Shown here one piece after another: positions 12,633 through 19,330 of a stretch of DNA of 24,000 nucleotides. How positions within the stretch are numbered: position 1 is the first letter of the stretch; every line of letters starts with the position of its first letter. Below the pieces are notes generated by a model. That model was not told the origin of the DNA. It did no database searches and saw only the letters and a list, made by a program, of their open reading frames with translations. The translations under genes and the position numbers were made by a program. The stretch spans positions 104,272 to 128,271 of the forward strand of contig JAJYYB010000010.1 of assembly GCA_021801355.1 (NCBI GenBank), given 5' to 3'. The DNA is from Candidatus Micrarchaeota archaeon. GTDB lineage: Archaea > Micrarchaeota > Micrarchaeia > Micrarchaeales > Micrarchaeaceae.

Positions 12633-14030
12633 TTATTTGGGCTGTGGCTGCCCTAATAGCCTCAGGAGCTTTGAGAGGCTGGACTTCGGCGGCTTGGCCT
12701 TTATTACGGGCTGGCTGTCATACGTGTAATCGTAGTCGGAAACGCCCATGAACTGTATGAAAGCGTGGTTTTTGTCGCGCTCCCCTGCTATCATGTATGG
12801 TAGCGGGTTCGTAGGATCTATCACAAAAGTCCTTCCGTCTATCTCAACCTCGACCCATGCATGCAGAGCGTTGCTGTTGCTGCTCATTGCCGTGCCGCCC
12901 ACGAAAAGCGGTGCCGCACTGGACTTCCCCTCAGCAAGCTCCTTCTTGAGGATCATGCACGTTATAAGTGCATACTCAAAGCAGACGCCGGTGCCGTTCT
13001 TGCCGAAGATACTCCTTTTCTTGTACTTTATAAAGTGGTCAAGCGGAATGTCTTCGACATTGTCATTGTATTTGGTAACTATCTTCTCGTAGCCGTGCAG
13101 ATCGTATTGTATGTTGTTATGGACGTAGTTTGCCAAGAGTATGACCTTGAGCAGTTTCTCTGCGGTAGCCTTGTTTCCTACAAATTTGATAAGCTGCTGC
13201 TTTGTCCCATCCGAGAGAGTGTTCTTGGTGGCGTAGGTTTCCGCATCGGTTATGAACTTTGACAGGATCCCGTCTGTCGGCTGGGGTATGCGTATGCCGT
13301 ATCCGCCATTGGTAACGCGCTCACCATAATTGAATGGATATGCGTAGTTGTTGGGATCTGGCCTTATTTCCGAATTGCTAGGGATTTTCTTGTTCAGTAT
13401 GTCCATCCTCGGAGGATTCTTGTCAAGCACTATTGTCGAGTCGTTGCCTATCTCTGTCTGCTCGATATCTAGTATTGTCAGCCTGTCCAGCTGGGCGCCG
13501 TTTTCAGTGGCGCTTGTGACGTTGCTCTTTATGTGCGATATGAATACCAGAAGCTTGCCCTCCCCTACGTCTATAGATGTGCCGCTTTCAATCTTTGAAT
13601 GTATGACAGTTATAACGCTGTTCTTTCCGTGGGCTATCAGCGTGACGTTCTTGTCTATCTGTGAGTTCTCTATGTAGTTGTTATCATCATCGCTCGCGTT
13701 CTTCTTGCGCGAACCGAAGCTCACTATGGTGCAGTGGGACCCTATCTTGCAGTCCTTCAACTCTATGTCCCCATACACGACAGCGCTTTTCGCTATAGTG
13801 GTGTTATCCAGGCGCACGTTTGCGCCGACCCAGCCGCCCTTGCTGCCGTCCGGATTGCTGTGCCTCCTGAGCTCTATCTCTCTCTCCTTGCCGTTGATGT
13901 TCAGCTTGGCCTTTATGGGCGTGTCCTCATTCTTTAGGTTGCTAACGTAATTGGAAAGGCTCTCAGCACTTTCGAAAACAAGCATCTTCTGTGCGCTTGC
14001 ATCGTTCTTGCGCTCTATGCTCTTCGACAT
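12633..14030 (-). CDS. Transglutaminase-like cysteine protease-fold protein with an N-terminal beta-helix-like repeat domain
   Basis: The 465-aa ORF has a C-terminal core carrying the transglutaminase-like triad context: GTGVCFEYALITCMIL (Cys350), NALHAWVEVEIDGRTF (His390) and VIDPTN (Asp405). Residues about 68-205 show hexad-periodic short beta-strand repeats (YIENSQIDKNVTLIAHGKNSVITVIHSKIESGTSIDVGEGKLLVFISHIKSN...). These are reminiscent of left-handed beta-helix or bactofilin-like folds. I see no signal peptide. GGGGAG lies 5 nt upstream of the ATG. Confidence 0.7.
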   Translation of the reverse strand: MSKSIERKNDASAQKMLVFESAESLSNYVSNLKNEDTPIKAKLNINGKEREIELRRHSNPDGSKGGWVGANVRLDNTTIAKSAVVYGDIELKDCKIGSHCTIVSFGSRKKNASDDDNNYIENSQIDKNVTLIAHGKNSVITVIHSKIESGTSIDVGEGKLLVFISHIKSNVTSATENGAQLDRLTILDIEQTEIGNDSTIVLDKNPPRMDILNKKIPSNSEIRPDPNNYAYPFNYGERVTNGGYGIRIPQPTDGILSKFITDAETYATKNTLSDGTKQQLIKFVGNKATAEKLLKVILLANYVHNNIQYDLHGYEKIVTKYNDNVEDIPLDHFIKYKKRSIFGKNGTGVCFEYALITCMILKKELAEGKSSAAPLFVGGTAMSSNSNALHAWVEVEIDGRTFVIDPTNPLPYMIAGERDKNHAFIQFMGVSDYDYTYDSQPVIKAKPPKSSLSKLLRLLGQPQPK

Positions 14031-14118
14031 TTTTACTCCCCTTTTTATTATAATGAAGTTACTGGCGTATTTATACCCTTCCTAGACAGCAGAATTCCAT
14101 GTTTGGACTGCTTCGCAT

Positions 14119-15339
14119 CTAGTCAAATGCCCTAAATTCGTCCCCGAGCACTGCAGCAGCTATCTTCAGCTCCTGAATCTCGTCACTTCCCTCATATATC
14201 CTCGCCACGCGGCTGTCGCAGAAAAGCCTGCCAACAGGGGAGAGCAGGGAGTATCCGAAGCCGCCGAAGACCTGCACGCCCCGGTCTGCGGACTCGAAAG
14301 CTAGCCTTGAGGCGATCTTCTTGGCAAGCGAAACGCGCATGTCCACCTCTTCCCGTAGCTCATGGTTTCCTGGATTCTGCTCGTATTCGGCTTTCCTAAG
14401 AGCAGCGAAATAGACAGGCCAGCGCGCCATCTCGAGATTCTGCCTTATCTCTGCTATGTGCCTCTGTATCAGCTGGTGCCTGCCTATCGGCTTGCCGAAC
14501 TGGACGCGCTCCTTAGACCTCGCCACCACTGCGTTTAGGCACCCCTCTATTACACCTACACAGCCGGATGCGACACCAAGGCGTGCGTTCAAAAGGGCGG
14601 AGTAAGCTATGCCGAGGCCTTTTCCTGGTTCGCCGAGCATATCGCCTTCTGAAACCTCTACACCATTAAATTCAAGCATGGCTGTATCGGATGTCAGCAA
14701 GCCTATCTTGTCCCTCAATGCCATTCTGTTCAATCCTGCGGAATTACCGTCTACTATGAAAGCGCTTATCTGATCCGATTTGTCCTTTGATCGTGCGAAA
14801 ACGATTATGTTGTCTGCTATCGTTCCGTTGGATATCAGGTATTTTGTGCCGTTGAGGATGAACCGGTCGCCCTTCTTCTCGTACTGCATTTTCAATGAAG
14901 CTGGATCGCTGCCTGCCTCAGGCTCAGTCAGCCCAAAGGCGAACACCTTATCCGCGCTCACTATGGATTTGAGATAACGACTCTTCTGCCCATCGTTGCC
15001 CCACCTCTGCAGGGTTTGGCCGCATAGCAGTACCTGCACATTGTAGAAACTCGAGAATCCAAGGCCTATCTGGCCAAGTCTTTCCTTCGTCAGCACAGTT
15101 ATTAGGGGCTTGGCGCCAGAGCCGCCGAACTCTTTCTTTATCGGTATGCCGAGTAAGCCGTACTTAGCAGCTATCTTCGGTGCATCTGAATTGAATTCAT
15201 GCTTTATGTAGTGCTCAAATTCAGGAACCGTCATTTCTTCAGCGGCCTTGTCAGCTTTTTCAAGTATAGAAAACTCCTCATTTGAGAAATTGTAAAAATT
15301 CTTTAGGTCGTCTATCGCCTGTTGTAAAAGCTTCTCCAT
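14119..15339 (-). CDS. Acyl-CoA dehydrogenase (FAD-dependent)
   Basis: The motifs FGLTEPEAGSDPASL, YLISNG, GLGIAYSALLNARLGVASGCVG, RVQFGKPIGRHQLIQ, VQVFGGFGY and ARIYEGSDEIQ (catalytic Glu region) are diagnostic. I place the start at the ATG at 15339 (MEKLLQQ...), not the track start at 15378, which would overlap the upstream stop. GGTG lies upstream. The gap to the coaBC stop is 16 nt, so co-transcription is likely. Confidence 0.9.
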   Translation of the reverse strand: MEKLLQQAIDDLKNFYNFSNEEFSILEKADKAAEEMTVPEFEHYIKHEFNSDAPKIAAKYGLLGIPIKKEFGGSGAKPLITVLTKERLGQIGLGFSSFYNVQVLLCGQTLQRWGNDGQKSRYLKSIVSADKVFAFGLTEPEAGSDPASLKMQYEKKGDRFILNGTKYLISNGTIADNIIVFARSKDKSDQISAFIVDGNSAGLNRMALRDKIGLLTSDTAMLEFNGVEVSEGDMLGEPGKGLGIAYSALLNARLGVASGCVGVIEGCLNAVVARSKERVQFGKPIGRHQLIQRHIAEIRQNLEMARWPVYFAALRKAEYEQNPGNHELREEVDMRVSLAKKIASRLAFESADRGVQVFGGFGYSLLSPVGRLFCDSRVARIYEGSDEIQELKIAAAVLGDEFRAFD

Positions 15340-15355
15340 GTTCACACCATCGTAT

Positions 15356-17314
15356 TCATTGAATAGAACCAAGCTCACTTATTATCTGGAATGCCAATTC
15401 CTCTTTTGTACCATCTATAAATCTTGCTTTCCCGCTCTTTGATATAATATATGCAGGATGCTTTTTACCATTTATCTTGTTCAAGTCGTTTACGACCATG
15501 AGAGCGGCACCTATCTCTTTCATTCTCTTGGTGCCTGCACTTATGAGTTTTGTATCTGGAAGTCCTGCCTCTAACTTAAATCCTACGATTAAAATTTTTG
15601 GGAACATCTTTGATATCTTCTCTATTGTCTTTGGTGTCGGCTTCAATGTAATCTTCCATTCGGCATCTGATTTTACTTTGGAGCTGACATATGCACTAGG
15701 CTTAAAGTCTAGTATCGCTGCAGGAAACATTACTATGTCGTACTTGTTGGAACTGAGTTCTGAGACAGTGCTTTCAAGCATCTCCTCCACGGTTGCTACA
15801 TTTATGGACCTTAAATGCCTTGGAGGCTTAACGATCGCAGGACCAGTTATTACTGTGACGTTAGAACCGGCTTTGAAAGCTTCCCTTGCGATTGAAGCGC
15901 CAAGCCCGCCGCTTGAGTAATTTGATATGTAGCGCACCGCATCTAAGTTGTATCTGGTAGGGCCGGAAAGTACCAACACGCCCTTGCCATTGAGCCTTCC
16001 CACCGCTATCTTCCTGAAAACGTTTTCTATGACCTCATCCCTGCGCGGTATTTTAGCTATTCCCTCCTCGATGCGCGGCGCTATTACCGTGGCGCCTCTC
16101 TTTCTCAATTCATCAAGCCCCTCCTTAAGGAGGTGGTTCTGATACAGTTTCATGTTCATTGCAGGCACTATAACTAATTTGTCACCAGGATTTGAAGCGC
16201 ATAAAGTAGTAACTGCATTGTCGGCTATCCCCAATACGATCTTCCTTATAGTATTGAACGTAGCTGGATAGACGAGCACCACGTCATAATCGGATAGATG
16301 TTCGGCCAGGCCGCTAAGCTCAACGAAGACCTTCCTTCCAGTCGCCCATTCCATAAGCTTTGGGCTCAGACCGAACTCTATGGCGCCATGGGTCATGAAG
16401 CAGTCAATAGTGCATCCGTTCCTCCTGAGTTCCCTCGCGATTTTTGGAGCGCCTATGCAGGCTACGCTGCCTGACATACAGAACGCAACTTTTACGTCAT
16501 TCATCCTGTTATTCTTAAGCTCTATCTCTCCGCCTGGTGCATGCTCCGCCATCAAGTTACTATAATCATTGAAATGCCCTGTGCACGAATTGCCTTCGCA
16601 GTACAGTATCCTTGATTCTGTCTTATTCTTCGATATTGATATGATTGTGGAAGAAGTCATTGTCCAGTCATTTTTACCATGGAAGCAGATTGCAGGGTGG
16701 CCGTGTTCCGATTTATGGTCTGCTGAGAGAACCTTGAGCCCCTCTATGGCTGAATTCGCATCTTTAAGCGAGAGTTTTGATGCTAGGTCGATGGCACGCT
16801 TCTCCCTCTCTTCAGAAGCGTGGATTATGTCTGCAAACACAGAGCCATATTTCGTATTCTCCCGTCTTGTAAATGATGTCATCACATGGATCCCTGGTTT
16901 AAGCTCTGATTTTTTAATGTGGCCGTCCTCGAAAAGTATCCTGAACGCGTTCTGCCTGTCAGCGATTATGAAGTTGCCCCTCTTATATCCGTTAAGCAGT
17001 TCCTTCTCGAGGTATTTTACTGCGTCCTTCGAGTTTTTGAACATGCCAAGCACATCCTGGATGAGAAGGCCACGGCTTCGCCTGAACTGCGTATCTATAC
17101 CGCTGTGCTGGTCGCTTACGGCTGCAAAAACTCCGGAATCGTTGAAGCCCACCCATGTGCCGTTGCTTCTGACGTCAACTGGAGCGTATATCTTTTGTGA
17201 AGATGCTGTTTTCCTAGGAGGGTACTCTAGAGTGCCTGCCCTTTCGTACCTGTTGTGCATAGCTACTATCGGCGCGTCTTTTACTACCTTATACAGGAAT
17301 ACAAGTGTGCACAT
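15356..17314 (-). CDS. coaBC: Three-domain fusion protein: NRDE/TANGO2-family (Cys2 Ntn-like) domain, phosphopantothenoylcysteine decarboxylase (CoaC) and phosphopantothenate-cysteine ligase (CoaB)
   Basis: This is one uninterrupted 652-codon ORF. Residues 1 to about 255 read MCTLVFLY...IVAMHNRYERAG...NGTWVGFNDSGVFAAVSD...RSRGLLIQDVL...NGYKRGNFIIAD...PAICFHGKNDWTMTSSTIISI. By eye these match the NRDE/TANGO2 blocks (MC start, NRDE, GGTWLG, G-x-x-AALTN, RG-x-L, YGTR-x-x-T). Residues 271 to about 432 read VAFCMSGSVA, YPATFNTIRKIVLGIADNAVTT and VIVPAMNMKLYQN (flavoprotein CoaC). Residues about 443-652 read VLSGPTRYNLDAVRYISNYSSGGLGASIAREAFKAGSNVTVITGP and PAAILDFKP (CoaB/DFP). Confidence 0.85.
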   Translation of the reverse strand: MCTLVFLYKVVKDAPIVAMHNRYERAGTLEYPPRKTASSQKIYAPVDVRSNGTWVGFNDSGVFAAVSDQHSGIDTQFRRSRGLLIQDVLGMFKNSKDAVKYLEKELLNGYKRGNFIIADRQNAFRILFEDGHIKKSELKPGIHVMTSFTRRENTKYGSVFADIIHASEEREKRAIDLASKLSLKDANSAIEGLKVLSADHKSEHGHPAICFHGKNDWTMTSSTIISISKNKTESRILYCEGNSCTGHFNDYSNLMAEHAPGGEIELKNNRMNDVKVAFCMSGSVACIGAPKIARELRRNGCTIDCFMTHGAIEFGLSPKLMEWATGRKVFVELSGLAEHLSDYDVVLVYPATFNTIRKIVLGIADNAVTTLCASNPGDKLVIVPAMNMKLYQNHLLKEGLDELRKRGATVIAPRIEEGIAKIPRRDEVIENVFRKIAVGRLNGKGVLVLSGPTRYNLDAVRYISNYSSGGLGASIAREAFKAGSNVTVITGPAIVKPPRHLRSINVATVEEMLESTVSELSSNKYDIVMFPAAILDFKPSAYVSSKVKSDAEWKITLKPTPKTIEKISKMFPKILIVGFKLEAGLPDTKLISAGTKRMKEIGAALMVVNDLNKINGKKHPAYIISKSGKARFIDGTKEELAFQIISELGSIQ

Positions 17315-17481
17315 TTAATCCGTGTTTGATTTCGCTGACAAGAAATAAACACATGAAACTTCCTTAATACTTTCCTTGCAATTGAATGGCTATTTCTTCT
17401 CTAATAAATTTTACGCGCCTCAGGTACAAATCCACACCGCCATATTTTGCTTAAAGTAGCAAAATGGGCAGTAGATATGTC

Positions 17482-17489
17482 TTTAAATA
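17482..17489 (+). promoter_or_regulatory. TATA box (TTTAAATA) for coaD
   Basis: The box ends 26 nt upstream of the ATG at 17516, which implies a leaderless or near-leaderless transcript. It lies in the 201-bp divergent intergenic region shared with the NRDE-coaBC gene. Confidence 0.4.
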
Positions 17490-17515
17490 TAAAACTGCAC
17501 TTTATATGGAGTTAA

Positions 17516-18007
17516 ATGAGGATTGCGATTTACGCGGGAAGCTTTGACCCGCCTACCCTTGGCCATCTATGGATGATAGAGCGAGGAGCCTCGCTTTTCG
17601 ACAGACTGGTAGTCGCTATAGGCACCAACACTGAGAAAAGGTACACTTTCTCAGTCGAGGAGAGGCTAGATATGCTTGCCAAGCTCACAGAGAAGTACAA
17701 GAACGTAAAAGTAGACTTTTTCAAGAACCAGTTTCTGGTAAAATATGCGAAAATTATGGGAGCAAACTACATCATACGTGGCATAAGGACCGAGGCTGAT
17801 TTTCAGTATGAAAGAGATATGCGCCTGATAAATGGAGACTTGGAGCCGAGCATAGAGACTGTGTTCCTGATGCCACCGCGTGAAATAGCTGAGATAAGTT
17901 CAAGCTTTGTCAAGGGGCTCGTTGGTCCGCCGGGTTGGGAGAAGATCGTTAGCAGATACCTGCCTGGACCCGTCTACAAGAAGTTCATAACCAAGCTTGG
18001 CAAGTAG
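17516..18007 (+). CDS. coaD: Phosphopantetheine adenylyltransferase, bacterial CoaD type
   Basis: The 163-aa ORF reads IAIYAGSFDPPTLGHLWMIERGASLFDRLVVAI (T/H-x-G-H nucleotidyltransferase motif), YIIRGIRTEADFQYERDMRLIN and ISSSFVKGL. It is collinear with bacterial CoaD (for example the E. coli motifs AVYPGTFDPITNGH, IRGLRAVADFEYE and ISSSLVKEV, recalled from memory). Confidence 0.88.
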   Translation: MRIAIYAGSFDPPTLGHLWMIERGASLFDRLVVAIGTNTEKRYTFSVEERLDMLAKLTEKYKNVKVDFFKNQFLVKYAKIMGANYIIRGIRTEADFQYERDMRLINGDLEPSIETVFLMPPREIAEISSSFVKGLVGPPGWEKIVSRYLPGPVYKKFITKLGK

Positions 18008-18008
18008 A

Positions 18009-19247
18009 TCATTTCACGTACTCTATTATTCTGCGCTGGGTGATTAAGTCCTTGAGTATCCTGCTGTTGGCTATCCAGTTGACTTTCGGTATCTCTAACC
18101 TTTTGGCTATCATGTCCCACATTTCTTTGGTGCCGTGAAGGACTGTCGGCTCCGTCTCAAGAGTCTGCCTCACATGCTCTCTCACGTTCCAGACGCCCAC
18201 AGGCATTATGTAGCCGTCGTGTACCTCTCTTAGTATGAGTATCGTCCCTTGTCTGCCCAACTTCTTGAGCTTCTCCGTCACTGCCAATCTTGCAGCATAG
18301 TAGCATCCTCCTATTTCTGCATAGGTCGACCTTCCGTGATAACCCTCATACGACGAGTATATCGATATGTCAGTCCCGTTCTCGTTCCATATGGTCTTTG
18401 GATACCATGCCTCTATCGACTCATACTGCCAGTTGCCTGGCATGAAGAAGATGAGCCATCTGTTATCAAGTGCTATATTGTAGTATGCGTAAATAACATC
18501 CATAGGGTTGTTCTGCTTTATCTCCTCCCTCAGGTCCTTCGATATTGTGTCATCTACGGCAGTTATGCTCCACCTTGTCGGTACGAACCTCCTCTGGTTT
18601 TTTATCCCGAACAGACCTGCTGAAAGACCCTGCTGGATTTTTGATACCTGAAGGCCTTTATCGTAAAGCTCCAGTATGGCCGTTGAAGCTTTTGCATCGA
18701 TATCCTGGTAAAGCGCCTCCATCTTGCTTTCGGCCTTTATGTTGTACAACTCGACCTGCTTTATCTCACCGGTCGGGCCGAACGGCTGCACCTCGTCATT
18801 TAAGGCTATCTTTATGGACGGCTTCCTTGAAAATGACATGTCCGCAACTGCTGGCTTCTCCGCAAGGGCCAAGTCCCTTACCTGCTCCTCTATCCTGCCT
18901 TTCTCTACATCGTGTATGTTTGACAGATGGACTCCACGTACAAGCTTGGAACGCATATCAACTATGCTCTCCATCGACATGTCACGCCACTGCTCCGGAG
19001 TTCCTAGTATTGAGGTGTCTCCAAATTCTGGGGGAACAAGGGGGCCTATGAAAACCTTCGGATACCCGAATCTGCCAATGAATATGTCTGTTGGCGATGA
19101 ACCTGAGATATCAAGCTTATCAACTAGATTCAACATCTTGACTCCGTAGTAATAGCGCATAAGGGCCGGATCTCTCATGTGCTTATACACTATGGTAGAA
19201 CGCTTTACGTTAAGCCCGCCGGGCATCTGCGCAAGCTCTTCTATCAT
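18009..19247 (-). CDS. nreA: Nre-family (DUF650/DUF651) archaeal DNA-repair-associated protein, NreA-like
   Basis: The motifs SSPTDIFIGRFGYPKVFIGPLVPP, RRFVPTRWSITAVDDTIS, GGCYYAARLAVTE and YIMPVGVWNVREHVR match my memory of the Nre family. The C-terminus QRRIIEYVK is PIP-box-like (Q-x-x-I-x-x-Y). I prefer the ATG at 19247 (MIEELAQ...) over the TTG at 19262 used by the track. Confidence 0.6.
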   Translation of the reverse strand: MIEELAQMPGGLNVKRSTIVYKHMRDPALMRYYYGVKMLNLVDKLDISGSSPTDIFIGRFGYPKVFIGPLVPPEFGDTSILGTPEQWRDMSMESIVDMRSKLVRGVHLSNIHDVEKGRIEEQVRDLALAEKPAVADMSFSRKPSIKIALNDEVQPFGPTGEIKQVELYNIKAESKMEALYQDIDAKASTAILELYDKGLQVSKIQQGLSAGLFGIKNQRRFVPTRWSITAVDDTISKDLREEIKQNNPMDVIYAYYNIALDNRWLIFFMPGNWQYESIEAWYPKTIWNENGTDISIYSSYEGYHGRSTYAEIGGCYYAARLAVTEKLKKLGRQGTILILREVHDGYIMPVGVWNVREHVRQTLETEPTVLHGTKEMWDMIAKRLEIPKVNWIANSRILKDLITQRRIIEYVK

Positions 19248-19330
19248 GTTGCCCCTATCCAAATCTGTTCACCAAGCCTAATTCACATGGTAATAATTTA
19301 TCTCTTTCCTTACATTAAATTACTGATTTG

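Noticed and set aside
15340-15378. An alternative upstream start for the acyl-CoA dehydrogenase that overlaps the coaBC stop.
   Set aside because: It is a non-ATG start that would create a 23-nt overlap. The ATG at 15339 has a GGTG element upstream and gives a normal ACAD N-terminus.
16569-17318. A 249-aa plus-strand ORF, the longest unassigned ORF in the track.
   Set aside because: It lies entirely antisense to the NRDE-CoaBC gene, whose translation shows strong family motifs along its whole length. The antisense product is low-complexity (Ser/Leu/Phe-rich) with no recognisable motif. It is a typical shadow ORF.
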